Below, one piece after another: positions 24,471-38,100 of a stretch of 64,000 bases of DNA. Location: the NCBI GenBank assembly GCA_965112155.1, contig OZ218099.1; one strand, written 5' to 3'. Under the pieces are notes generated by a model. That model made no database searches and was not told the DNA's origin. It worked only from the letters and a program-made list of their open reading frames with translations. The position numbers were made by a program, and so were the translations under genes. Source of the stretch: Podarcis liolepis. Its lineage: Eukaryota. The first letter of the stretch is position 1. Every line of letters begins with the position of its first letter.

Positions 24471-27400
24471 AGGCAGTATGCATTTCGTGGAAAGGGTGAG
24501 AACGAGAAACGAAGCCAAAGGTTGCAGGACTTTTTATTAAATGCACAGCTACACAGCTGTGAATTTCCAATGCTTTGCTGGTGAATCCTGCCTTTAGCAC
24601 GTCTGCGCTTCTGAAAAAGTAAAGCTGTGCACACTTGGGAGTCAGCCGAACTGAACTCGCGAAGACATACTGTAGTTCAGTGTAAACCTGCAGAGGATGA
24701 AGTTATAAACAGGTTCTGGCTTCAGAGAGGGTTAGTTCAAAGCTCTGATATACCCTTTCTATTTGTCATGAGAAAATTGGGAGGGATTCAGAATGGTGTG
24801 GAAAATGAGGCCCAGAATTAATTTTCTGCTGTTACATCCTCTGTGTGATGAAGTTTCCATAGGGATATTCCCCTTTTTAAATAGATGCCCCTTACAGCGA
24901 CATTTCCATTTGTGGTGGTTATGCAAGGCTCAGCCAAGTACAGTTACGGCCTGCACTTTGTTACATTCAGAGTTTAATTTTGAAAAAAGCTGGGCACTAT
25001 CCAGCCAAGTTCAGGCACTTAGGGCTACTGTCCTATAGATTCCGTTCATTTGGATATGCTTCTGTAGACATGCATAGAATTGGACTGGACATCGTACAAG
25101 TGGGAGAGTTAAGCAGTTGATCATGTTTCTGCTACAGAAATGAACAGGAAAATATACACTTTACAATGACTGCAATGTATGTGTTTAATTTCAGGAGCAT
25201 TTGCTGTTATAATTTTCCATTTCATATCATTCATAGTAGTTAGAGCAATGTTACCAATTCAGGATAACTAGACAACTTATTTTTTTAAATTAAAAAAGCT
25301 CATTTATTTATAGCAAAGTAATTGAGGACAGAAGTACAAGCTAACCTAGTAAACATAGGAATGGAAGGAATGGTGGACCGGATAGGGTTGCTTAACCCTT
25401 TCCCCAACTATAAATTCTCCCTGCAACTCTTCCCCCTTCAGTTTATGTGTGATGTCAAAGCTGACTGGGAGAATTTTTTTGGGGGAGGGGGTTGCAATGG
25501 AGCATTAGGTTACAGAAGAAAAGGTGAAACACTCTCTCTGATTCTCCCTTCTCCTGTATTAGTGTTATGAGGTAAACATAGGAACCCCATTTCTGTTTTG
25601 CAATATGTAGTTTCTGTTTAAGTTTCATAAAGCTATTTTGTATTCCAATATGCCACCCTCTATTTCTCATGAAGGAATTCGCTGGTGGATGTAATAATTA
25701 CTGAAAAGTTTGTGTGCCAACAATGCAAAATGGAGTGTAGAACTTTGTTTCCCAAGTATGTGTGAGGTAAACCCTTTATGAGATAACTAGTAAAGTTGCT
25801 TGTAAGAAGAGATGGAAGGCTCTCTAGGTAGAGAATGCAAAGGCATAGGCGCAAAAGTACAAAGCCTCCTGCTTACTTTCTTACAAACATGGAGTCTGGT
25901 CAGTAGCAAAAGTGATACATGACTTTGTTCTTTAGTGTCTAGAAACACACAGCAATACATGTGACATAAACAGAAATCAGCAAAGTGTAAGATGGACAGA
26001 ATTGTGGGCCAGAGCCCATTTTGTCTGCAGAAGTTAATCTGCTATAATACAGTACTCTTTGTGGTTTTTGCTGCAAAAGACTCAGCTAAGAAACCAGTTT
26101 TTCTTCATTGTTTCTCCAAGGACTGGATAAGCCAGGGTGCTACCAAGTAGCCAGCCCCACATATTGAGGTCTTTGCATATCTCTTGACTATGGCATGTTC
26201 CTCTATGGGGAGATAATGTCTTCTCACACAACAGGAGAAAAGTGGCGATATTTTCTATGTCATAGCAAATATTCTATCTTGTGTGTGACATACCCTACAG
26301 CAGCCAGTGTTGTATAGGATTAAAGTGTGCGCTGGGGCTGACGTCATAATTCATAACATTTGCATAGCACTCTTCGAATGTTCAACACACCTTGTTTCAT
26401 TATCTCAGTAAAGTGTCATGCGTGGTTAAGGGGGACGGTGGCTGACAAGTGTGTGGACTTCAAAATGTGGTTTTATCTCAGTGTCCTTGAATTCAATATT
26501 TTTTTTCTCATTTCGAATTTGCATTTCCTTCAGCATGTAATCATAAAGTAATATTAGTGAGGGTTGTATCCAAAGAAGTCCCTCTCAGAATAGACCCATT
26601 AAAAGTGAAAAACCTGCATTAGTCATGTCTGTTAACTTGAATTGGTCTACTCTGAGTAGGACTAGCATTGGAGACCACCCTTAGATGCTTTGTTAGTCTA
26701 TGTGGTGTGCAAACAGCTCTGCAGTCCACATCCTTCTGATTTAGCACCTCTTCTTCCAGTGTTTTAGTCATCACAATACAGTCCTAATTTAAAGTGGAAT
26801 TGTGATCCAGTGAAATGAAAGAAACGATGGACCTAATTATGAATGCTTGTTAGTTGCAAACTTGATTGTGGATTAATTCCACTCAAGTTCTTTATAGACC
26901 TCAGTTACTAGCATTAACAAAATACTCAACAGCTGGTATGAGAAAATATTTTTGCAATTATCTTTTATCTGGGACTTGTTTCAGTGGCACCCTGCTCTCT
27001 TGACCACATACTTTGAATCCACAAAAATATTGTAGGCAATCGAATGTTGTCTCTTATTTTTATTTGTGTAGTGCAACAGACTTCAGAGTTGCACACAGAT
27101 GTCTAGGCACATGCGACATGCATCTTTCTTTGTAATGTGTGTCCAAACAGTTGACTTACTAATGGTTTGAGCAAGCCTGTCTCCAGGAGTTTTTGGATAA
27201 GATCAGTTTTGTACGTTTTTCATTGATTACACACAGTTTTCAAACCTGTATGTTTTGTGTGTATGTGTGGCAGGATCAGGAAGGGTAGTTGAAATTCCAA
27301 AGCACTAATAGTATCAGCTACACTACAAACACCATTCCACAGATACATGTCTGCATTATTTTGGTCTTTTTCAAAGTTTTATTATATTTTTCTGAATAGT

Positions 27401-27629
27401 CTTCTGTAGGTTTGTGGTCTTCTGTAGAAGAGCTATTGCAATAGTACAAATCAAACACATACCCCTTTCCTTTCATTCTTGCAAACACTATCAAAGCTGC
27501 TGTCATCCCATTATGATAATTAACTACCATTTTGCCAATAATATTGTTGTTTATCTGCATACTGCTTTTTGACTCAAAGTGACCCAAAACAGTAAACGGT
27601 TTTAAAAAAAAAGTTTAGTCTGCTTAGAC

Positions 27630-27807
27630 CAATGGTGTCCAGCTTTTTTCAAAGAGGGCCAGATTTGATGAAGTGAAGTTGTTGAGCTTTTTTTAGGACT
27701 GAAGTTGTTGAGGTGATTTTACCCCAGGAAATAAACTGCCACAGGGGCTGGATTAAACCGACTGGCGGGCTGGATTAGGCCCCTGAAACAGACTTTGGAC
27801 ATGCCTG
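27630..27807. mobile_element. Internally deleted hAT (Charlie-like) element
   Basis: Termini caatggtgtcca...tggacatgcctg; 8-bp TSD gcttagac / acttagac. Confidence 0.7.
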
Positions 27808-28018
27808 ACTTAGACATAACCTGTACTGAACACAGTGGGACTTGCTTCTGAGTAAAGATACACAGGATTATACTGTTAATCTAGTTTGTTTTTTCACTTT
27901 GGAAGCTGTGCACACCCTCTGAAGCACACAGCTGTGTATATTTAAAAAGGGAGTGGAGGCACAGCTATTATTTCCATTGTGCTTGTCCTGTCTATTATGT
28001 GCAGAGAAGTTATCATGC

Positions 28019-28019
<1 letters not shown>

Positions 28020-28065
<46 letters not shown>
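28020..28065. repeat. (TTA)n microsatellite
   Basis: Direct observation. Confidence 0.95.
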
Positions 28066-28066
<1 letters not shown>

Positions 28067-30913
28067 GCACCACGCAAAGCTGAAATGTAATTGGGGCATG
28101 CTTTGACTTATGTAAGAAGGCCTCAATGTAGTGTGAATTGACAGAGCTGTCAATGTGCATAGGTTATTCTCAGGCTTCCTTATACCTAAATTCTGTGGCG
28201 GTTTGTTCGGATCTCTTAACTAGGCCTGTCTTTGACAATGTCAATTCACTTTCTGTCTCATTTTATTCCCATGCAGTTTCTTTCTCTTTTTATTGTTGAT
28301 CTCTATGTATTCATGATGTATTTGTTTTGTGCAAACGGTGAATGTGGGTAGCTAAAGGGAGTGTTACAAACTAGCCAGGCGACAGATGCATTTTGCGACA
28401 GGCAAGGGTCCACTTGCGACCACTTGGAGATCTCTGGATGCCAGGTGGGTGATTGGGGAAAGCAAAATGTCACTTAGAGAAGGATCTGAAATACTTTCCT
28501 TGAAGCTTGAATTTGTTTTTTTCTGGATTGTTTTATTTGATTTTTAATGTATAATAAACCACTTTGAGATTCATTCATTAAAATATAAAGCATTATAGAA
28601 ATGAACAACAATAATAGTAAATTCCACCAGAAAAAAGGCGCCTAGACATTCCATTGTCGCAACCATAACCTAGGGTTAAGGTGCCATTTGGTGATTAGCT
28701 TTTTCCGGCTGGGCAATAATCAGCTTTTCAACATTGTGGTTTTATCACCAGCTAAACATCATGGTCTAGCAGTATTCTGCAATGCTGAAAAAACAAGCTA
28801 CATTGGCCTCAGCTCTCGAGGTGCCGGTGAAACTGCAGGAGCTGAGGCGGTTTCACCCCAGCGCCTCGTGGGCTGGGACAACGCAGCTTGTTTGCGTGGC
28901 TTAGCTGGGGTGCAGAAGGGCTCCCAATTCCCAGCTGAGCTAGCCCCAGTGCACCCCTTGCTGGTGGGCAAGTGGGAGGAGCGTTGGGGCTCCTTTCCAT
29001 GGTTCAACTGGGTGGGGAAGCAGTTTAAAGAAGCCAAGGGAGGACTAAGCTGCATCAGCCCAGCGATACAGCTTGCTCCTCCCTCTACGGTATGAGGGGC
29101 AGAGTGATAGTGGTTTCACCTGGCAATATATCACAGGTGAAACTACCGCTGCTCCCGAGTCCCTCTGCTACCAGCAGACAGATGTTGAAAGTGGTGCTGG
29201 TAGCAGAGGGACTCAGGAGCGGTGGTGGTTTTACCCGTGATACACCGCCGGCTGAAGCTGTATTGATACGTTTCCAAGGCCTATAGTTTATATACCTGAG
29301 TTTCTAACACCGGCTAAAGGCCCAGAAGTGGAGGCACCCTGTATAATTTATCTTGACCCCAGATCTACAGTCTGTTTCTGAGTATTATTGATGAGGTAAC
29401 TATCAGGTTGAAGGGCTCCCTTTATCCCTTTTGAAACCCCAAGCATTTTCATCCCTTCTCTTTTGGATCTTACCCTGTATCTGGTTGAATGCATGAGAAT
29501 CTTGCCACTTGCTTCTGCAGGAGCTAGATTGGTTCCTTGGATTTGTCTGCCATTAAGTAAATATAGGTTCAGCAGATCTACATGAGAAGCTCATGTCCTA
29601 CACTTCGGGAATTCTCATTTATCCTTTTCTTGCACTCAATTGCAGACAGCTTATTTATTACATGGGGACAAAGGTGTCTTTAATAAAACAGCTGAGTCAG
29701 TTTCCTTTGTGAATTTTTAACAAAAACATGATAAAGATTGCCAAACTCAGGTGAGCAAAGTCATTCTCATTTTCTCCTCTTCCTTCTGCTAGGTAGCTAG
29801 TCAAGGAAGTTGTAAACTGAAAGATAGCTCCCCCACCTTTCAGGACATCAGTGTGTTACAATAAATGACTAATATAGATGTGAGTCAGCACTTGACAACC
29901 AGGCTAGTAAATATTTCTTTGTGTGTGCATATCTGCAAAGCTGATAATACTTACACAACACTGTTCACCTAATAACCTCTCTTGAGATTGGTGGCAGTAA
30001 TTAACCTCCTCTAAAGAAGCAGTTTATTGAAAGTGTCCAATTTTATGATACTTGTTGGAAGTGCAACAGCAGGGACCATTCAGATTTAACTTAAGGTTTA
30101 ATTATGTCAGTGTTGAAGTCACCTAACCAAGATGGGAACGGGTAGTGTTGCTTAGCAACCAGGCAGAGTGGCATGATGCTCACTGAGATAGTACATGCCC
30201 TGATTGGCTGTGTAGTTCTGAAGGAGTTTTCATCTGTATGTTAGCTAAATGTCATCTGCTATAAACAAGGCCTGAAGAAAGACAAAACCTCTTTATTTCT
30301 CCTCAAATTATACTGTTTTTATTCAGTTTTCTTCAGGAAAGTGTTAGCAGGACTTTTCTCTCTGGACTCCACCTGTGCTAAGTGGCATTGCTACTATGGG
30401 AGGCATCTAGTGTTCTGCATGCGTAGATGTGCTGGTGCAATTGGACTTCCACTTCCTCTCTTCCACATTCACACCCCAAAATCTGATCCCGATTGTATCC
30501 CCCACCCCAGAAATTGGAATGGAAGCTCCAGTGTACCAGTGGAGCTGTAGCACTGGCTATGGCCCATTATATTTTGAAGTCATATCTTTGTGTGATCCCC
30601 AGTGACCAGCCTGTATATTGTGACCAGCCAAGCTTGGCAAGGCTTTGTGTGTCTCCAGGAGGACCCGCTAACAAACAATTGGTGTAGATTTTATCTATTT
30701 ACCTCCCAGCATATGGCAGAGCTTCTAAGAAAGTAATGCAATTTGTGTGTGTTTTAGGAGGTACATAAAATAAAAGCATTTCCAGGTTGTTTGAAAGCTC
30801 TAAGCAACCATTTTAATATTTTAAATCTTAGACCAGTGTCAGGGGCCTGTTTGTAGGCCAGGGCCAAGGAACACAGACACCTGCTTACCCCTCCTCCTGT
30901 TTCTGGTATGTGT

Positions 30914-30947
<34 letters not shown>
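30914..30947. repeat. (TAG)n microsatellite
   Basis: Direct observation; explains the poly-V/poly-T/poly-Y ORFs in the track. Confidence 0.95.
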
Positions 30948-31848
30948 AAGAAGTCGTCATCGTTGGGGGAAGGAAGCAACATACAGTTGCCCAGCTGGCT
31001 CAGGATCCCTGTGAGTCGGGCCGGAGTCAGGAAGAACCTGAGTCCCACAACTTCTGTATTCACTTTTCTTCTTTCTTGATGGTTATGTGCTACATGTATT
31101 GTACGCTTCTGAATACCAGGTGCTGGAAAAAGCAGGAAGGGATAGTGCTTTTGTTCTCTGGTCTTGCTTGTAGGCTGCCCATAGGCATCTGGCTGGTCAG
31201 TTTGAGAATGAGTGTTGGACTTGATGGGTCACTGGCCTCATCCAAGGGACTCTTATGTTCTTCTCTTTGTCTTGATATCATCATCGTCATCATTAATGGT
31301 CATTTTTCCATAATCCTGAATCCATTCACTAAGAAGGCACACTAAGATCTTCTTTAGAGAGGAAGTGGGAAGTGTCTTAAACGCCAGCTCTTTGGGTAAG
31401 TTTCTCTAATATAAAAGAAGCTGCTTTCTAGTGGCAAGGCACTTCTGTGTACCACTGGCTGGTGCCAAGCAGGGTGAATAACCCCCTGTGGGGATTAATT
31501 ACCATATCTCATTTAACCAGCAAGAATACTGAAATGGTCTACCCCAGATCAAAGGTAGAGGCTTACAGAGGGCTGGAAAGAGCAGTATGGTTAGGAATCA
31601 AGTCTCTCACCGCCCTCACCCAGTTCTGGAGCTACGTCACAGTTTGAGATAGAACTTTCAGCTCAACTCTATTGATCCTTACTATTTTTTCTATTTTCCT
31701 CATTAGGATTTGCAACGTGAGAAATTCGGAACAGTAAACATCAGAACACGAGACCAGAAAGGTACCTACTTATCTAACCATTCTTAATGTGTTGTAAATG
31801 TAAACCAGTAAAAGAGCCACCACATTTGAAGTGAAAATATGAACATTA

Positions 31849-31854
31849 TTTAAT
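31849..31854 (-). terminator. Candidate distal CACNA2D2 poly(A) signal (ATTAAA)
   Basis: Ends an AT-rich, 3'-UTR-like block (31830-32330) that is U-rich on the minus strand. Confidence 0.55.
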
Positions 31855-34800
31855 AACTGATCCTCTGTAATAAACAATTTTAAAATATTTTACAAGGAAT
31901 CACGCACACAATATTTTACAAAGATTTTAGTCTTTTTTAAAATTTTCCAACTCTTCTGTACAACAAAAAAGAGATTCAAATAATAATTAAAAAAAACAAC
32001 CCTTTTTGAATTAGTAGGGGGAACAAAACTTTCAGATGAAGAATGTTAGGAATTGGATCCCAGCAGCTATAAGGACAGCTACTTCATGTTTTGCTTTTTT
32101 CCCTTTTGTTTTTTAACTTAAAATATAATATAATATAATATATATATATTTATAATTATGTATATTTGTTTTTTTCCATTTTTCTCAAATGAGCAGCACC
32201 CGACTAGACTACAGATTTACACACACTCCTGGTAACACAGAGCCAGCCATCTGGTCAAAGCACAGTTCCCATAGACATAACCAAACACACACTGAAAAAG
32301 CTACAAGCAAAATGACCTTTAATCAACCTTGTCATTATTAGTGAATCTCCTCCCTGCCCGCTTGGCTCTGGAGTCAAACTTCCAAGACCATGTTCAGGGT
32401 TTTCATGGACCCCCCTCCCTTTCCCACCCACTTACCCTACCACAAATTGTTTTGCTCAAATGGATTTTAAAATGGACAAAGCATGTGAGGTGGGTTGAAT
32501 CATTGCTATGTCTCACCAGTACTGCTAGTCACATGGGACCGGGACATAGGGAAGCCTGAACTAGCCTTCACTCAGCCCTTTGGGATCTGCTAGGAGGATG
32601 CCTTATTGGGAATGACCAGCAATCTCAAAAGATTTTACAGGCTTCTCCATTCTACAGACTTTCCTGTACTGGGCAAGTCTATTGCTCCCTACAGACTCTC
32701 ATCTTGTACAGCTTCATTCTCCTTCAAGGTCCTCTCCAGGATTCAGAAAATCGCCTTGATGGTCAACCCAAGTTCACAATAGCACACACAATCTCCTTGC
32801 TGTTTCTCTGTGTCTTTCCGTGCCGATTTCAGATATAGTACTTCATGGTAAAATTCCTTTAGGCTCTCCAATTTTATGCTCCCAGAAACTATTTCTTCAT
32901 TCTAAGAGCTTGGGAAGCTATTTCCATTCCTTTCCTATTATAAGATAGGTTACTATGATTTGCGAGGTTATCCATTTTTCTACGTTAGAGATAAAAGGCA
33001 AGCAACCCCATCATGCTCTTGGCTTCCCTCAATCTATTTGTCCTTGTACCATCTCCATCTGTCAGCAGACAAAGCTGAAATGGAGACAGACTTACAGGCA
33101 ACCCATGGGTGATTCTGACTGGTGGGGGCATAGTTCTGGCCTAGGGGGACTCTAGGACACCCTACAGATAATCTGAGTTGTGCTGGGAATGGGTTTCCCA
33201 GCCCTGGTTTATATTTCTAAGCTATTTGGAAAGAGCTAGTTGTTGCGTAGATCAGTCTTGTACACTCATTTATACATAACACCAGGAGATCTCATTCTTA
33301 AAATGGCAAATATCACTACTGCGGCAGGGGAATAAACCAGCACAACTTCTACCCATCTTCAGACTTGCACATATTGGGATGCCATCAACTCATGCACAAA
33401 CAACAACCTTAAAAATAAAAAGGAATCATCCACTTGCATTGAAAATAGGGCAACGTTTTCTCATCTTAGGAAAAGTTCACCATCCAAATACTTGCCTGCT
33501 TTGGCTTTGAAACTTAGAGAAACAAGGCCTTTGTTTCATTCATATAACCATTGTGAAAAATGTGAGGGAGGGGTGCTGTTGGACTGTATGATAGGAAAGA
33601 GGGTCTTCCACCTCAGTTCCCTTTTGCCTTAGCTCTGACCCAGTGACATCTAACATGGCTTCCACAAATAGAAATGAATGGTGTGAGAGCAGTGCAGCAT
33701 CTCCATCACATCTGGTACTGACCTCCTGACCAGTCAATCAAGAGGCTGAATGCCCTGGTATCCAGGTGTGATGTGGGTAAGTACTCCAAGTGGAAAATGT
33801 GCTGTGTTGCAATCTGTGCTCTCTCTGGTGTTGGGCTACTGGACATCTTCCTTTCCATCTCCAACATTCTCTGTTCATCATTCTTCACTCCTCTCTGACA
33901 GGGAGACCAAAGCCAGGTGCTGGGAAGGTCTATAAGCTGTAACAAGGATAGATGTGCTGCATGGAAATGCAGAAATAGGCAAAGCTAATCTCCATAAGGT
34001 AGACTGGAGGCTTAACGTACCACAGTTTCAGTTGAACAAATGCCAGCATCACCAGCAAGGATTCACTGAAATCTAAGCTAGTAGGAAAACAAGAGTTCCA
34101 CAAGTTTAGGTAGCGGTCATCAGAACCACTGCATGTCACTGGGAGACTATGTCACTGGGAGACTACAACATTGGGACAATGTTGAACAACTGCTAGCACG
34201 TCATGGCTAGAATGGATCTCGAGAAACTCTTCCGTATTACCTCCAGTATTAGATGCAAGATGACTCGGCATACCAGTCACCGGGGGACATTAGTGGAAGA
34301 GTGCTACTGAATTGATGTGCTTTGCCACTGAGAAACAGGACGCTCAACTATACAGTCCTTTGCTCTGACCCAGCACAGCTGTTCCTGCCCACCTCCCAGC
34401 AGCACCTACACATCTTTCTGTCTCTCAACTTTGTTACCAGTGGTAACCACATGTGAGAAGTAGAGCAGCTTTTTAAAAAAACCTTAGGGTGCATACAGAT
34501 GTATAGGATTTGAGTGCTGAACCACCTGTGCAAGCCTGCTTCAGGAGGGGACATTGGTAATAAGCCACCCTGTCCCTATGCAAGGCTGGAGGCGCGAGGC
34601 TATGACAGGGTCCTGGAATCTTCCTACCTCCTTCCTAAAGCATGGTAAGCACTTGCCTGGCTTTGGGAAGGAGGCAGGAGGACTCTTGGAACCCTGTCAG
34701 AGCCCTTCCTGAAGCTGGGCAAGTGCTTACTGGGCTTTGAGAAGGCGCCTTTCTGAGATGTGTGTCCAGTGTGGCCGCACTGCTCACACTGCCCTAAATC

Positions 34801-34881
34801 TGCCCTTGTCTGCTTACTGTACTTTGTTCAGGTGTATTGTTTTCTTACCTGGGTAGAGCTCAGGGAAACTATCTCTACATG

Positions 34882-35120
34882 AAAAAATTCCTTCCTGTAG
34901 CACCTTAAAGACCAACTAAGTTAGTTCTTGGTATAAGCTTTCGTGTGTATGCACACTTCTTCAGATACACTGAAACAGTGTACCGCTGTTTCAGTGTATC
35001 TGAAGAAGCGTGCATGCACACGAAAGCTTATACCAAGAACTAACTTAGTTGGTCTTTAAGGTGCTACAGGAAGGATTTTTTTTATTTTGACTATGGCAGA
35101 CCAACACGGCTACCTATCTG
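34882..35120. mobile_element. Penelope-like element remnant: inverted pseudo-LTR palindrome with minimal hammerhead motifs
   Basis: About 95-bp near-perfect inverted arms (34882-34978, 34986-35081) with a 7-nt loop; 12-bp TSD TATCTCTACATG (34870-34881, 35121-35132); CTGAAGA...GAAA core in each arm. Confidence 0.8.
34994..35034 (+). ncRNA. Minimal type-I hammerhead ribozyme motif (mirror copy on the minus strand at about 34930-34970)
   Basis: GTAT-CTGAAGA-A-GCGTGC-AT-GCACAC-GAA-AGCT-T-ATAC: stem I GTAT/ATAC, catalytic boxes, stem II, palindromic AGCT in place of stem III. Confidence 0.6.
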
Positions 35121-38100
35121 TATCTCTACATGGTTGGAGCAGAAGCTAGTTGTGCATAGCCTGGTTGGCTGGAACCACTGATGCTCCAAAATCACGTCAA
35201 CATTTCAACCTTTAAAACACAGTTTCTACATTAAATTTAAAAGGGGGGGGGGGTTAACTGCAGAAAGATGCATATGTTTTAAAATATAAATTTTTAAAAG
35301 TGGATATCCCACCTGAAGGTGGGGGAGGGGCAGGCCCGAGAATTGAATTTGTGGTCAAATCAGTGGTATATATGCCTTTTTTGCAGCAAAGTGGCCGGAA
35401 ACAGGTTCACACCAGGGGAGGAATGATGGCGATTTTAAGCTATAGCTGTACAAATTATGGATGCAAAACACTGAGCTGTTGCTATTATTATTTCTTTATT
35501 TCCATTATTGGGCATGACCCTAACCTTCCCAGTACTGCTGCCGATATAAATGAACGGTGGAATATGCTTGGAAAATTTGTAATGAGGCTCTGTTAGCCGT
35601 GTACAAGTTTGAAAACCACCTCTCTAAGGGGATCAGTCACAGTTCAAACACCAACACAAAGACCTTGATTTGATCCCAGTGGATAGTAAACCAGTATTGA
35701 GTGACTGTGAGATAGCAGCCAACCGAGACGAAGTAGCCATACTGTTTGTGGTCTAAAGTGCTCCAAAGTTGGGGCAAGGCCCTTTTTATGAAACCATCTC
35801 TCATTCAGCTGACAGGCACTGCCATATCCCAATCTGTGCTCCAGCTTTCTCCATCCTGAATCTCCCCTACTAATGAAGTACACCCTATGAACATATGGTG
35901 GCTCCAGAGCACTAGCCAAACAGAGTCACAGACAAAGTGGCGTCAGGGAAGACTGCTTTTAGTCAGACCAAAGTGGGAATGAACCTGGGGGATTTCAGCC
36001 AAGCACACCATAGACAGTTGCTCACATCACAAAAAACAATCACACAATTTGGCACAATTTGGCAGTCTCTGCTCAGAAGAGACTAGCAAGATACTGGGAC
36101 TGTACCCACAACTAGTACACTTGATTATTACTGGAAGTCTACTCAAGGAGTAATGGTTCTGTCTCTCTCTACTGTGTTTCTGGTAGAGTTGGAGCTATTT
36201 GTAACTTCCCAGTTTGCTTCTCTAGAAATCTACACAAGGCCAATGAAGCAAAACTATTAACCTTAGCACCAGTGGTATCATTGTGTATATAAGTCATCTT
36301 GGGGAAGAACAGTGGGAGACCTGGAGGAAAAGGTTCTGGAACATAGGGCATTTGGTGCAGGACAGGGGAGGGGGTATGTAGACTGGATTTGGGACAGAGC
36401 TGGTTTTTGAAAGGTTAAGAAACTATTTCTGATCTCAAGAACAAGGATCACTAGAAAGAAAGCAAATGCACCTCAATGTGTGTGCTAAAGGTTTGCTTCC
36501 AGATCTCTCAAATGATTTTTTTCTACAACAAAGTTACCTCTTTCATGTATTTACATTGTACTACTACCTTGCATATGACAGCAGTGACCTGCTTTTTACC
36601 CCCATTCAAACCAGACCAGACCAGGAGCGCAAAAATCCATTTTCAGCTTTCTCTGAAGATACACATGTAGTGCATTGCAGCATGTTCTTTGGGACTGTTT
36701 GGGTGAATCAAAACCTCCCAAGACGAATCAGGTTTTTAAAGGGGTTCCTGCCATTTGCCTTGCAATGAAACACCTTAACAGTGGGGCCACCAGAATCTGC
36801 ACAATAAAATGTGATGTAACCAGCATAGGAGTTTAGCATGCTACATTCTTTCCAAGAGACTTTCTCTAAAATTTTGGCTCAGTACTGAAGCACCAAACCA
36901 AGGTTACAGAAAGTTCCCATTCACACACATTGTTGAGCAAGCTTTCTTTGCCTAGAAACTTACAGGTTCAAGTAACCATCCCATTGTTATTTGCTTTCTA
37001 GAGTTCCTTCTAACAAGGCAAATGGAATTCACAACATTGTAATTACTCACAGTAGGTTTTATGCCAGGATTTGGATTAACTGGAAAGAGAATTTTGGTTG
37101 AGGAAATGAGCATGTGAAGTCAAAATGAGGTGCACCAAGATATGCACGACATTTCATCCTCCTATCACATCACATTGTGCTGCAAGGAAATGCCATCAGA
37201 GTTATTGACAGCGCACTTAACCGCTACCTTCTGATGGAGTTGCATTACACTGTTGCATAGTGCTGCTGCTCTTCATATTGCCCAATATGTGATTGTGGCT
37301 CTGACATCACACACAGCAGAAGCAAGACAGGATCCTTCCCACTTTGCTGGCTACTCTGAGTACAGAGGCAATGCATGAGGGGATATTTGGCTGAAGAGAA
37401 AGAAATCTTTGAGTTCTCTGGGGACTGAAAAAGCTTTCATTAAGTGGCAAGGTATGTTTATCACTGTATGTGCAGAAATAACAGGCACAAAACTGGATAA
37501 CCTGCCCTCAACAGCAAGCAGCTTTTGCGGAGACTGGGTGATGAATTCAAGTTTTACTCCTGTTTTCAAACCTCCAACAGTATATGTGGCTGCTTTCAGT
37601 AATAATCCTCCCAGCCATGAAATATGTACCTGCAAAGTCACCTGAAGTGTTCTGTGGGTTTGAGGTGAATGGCAGGTGTCATCATGACCTTCACTACGAT
37701 GCAGAGTTCTTTCACCTTTCTCTGCATGGACACTGGAGACAATTAGCTGTCTGCAAAACATCTGCTTTTAGAGCTCTAGTTGTGGCCCATTGCCCACCAC
37801 TGTGATTCCAATACTGGATGGATGGAGGGGACTCTAAAGGTGCAGTCAGTTTTCTGCACAAAGTCCAGGAAGAAAACCTTTAGCTATCACCTTCTTGGTT
37901 TGGCACAAATTGTTGCTGCCAATCATGGTGGACAATTTCCTTTAGAAGAAAAGGGACAGTGTGAACTGGGAAGAAGGTCATCTTTATCTTGGCCAACTCC
38001 ACCCTTTGTCCACCTCAAAGGTAGAATGCTGCAAAAATCCCAAAATGAAGTCTTCACAGTGATTTGGGGGAGCAGAAGAGATCATCTTGTTTTCTTGATG

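Noticed and set aside
23480-24634. Several overlapping 100-216 aa ORFs on both strands
   Set aside because: R/A/G/P-rich frames expected from stop-codon depletion in a CpG island.
30754-31345. Poly-V, poly-T and poly-Y ORFs
   Set aside because: Produced by the (TAG)n microsatellite plus a CR1-like tail.
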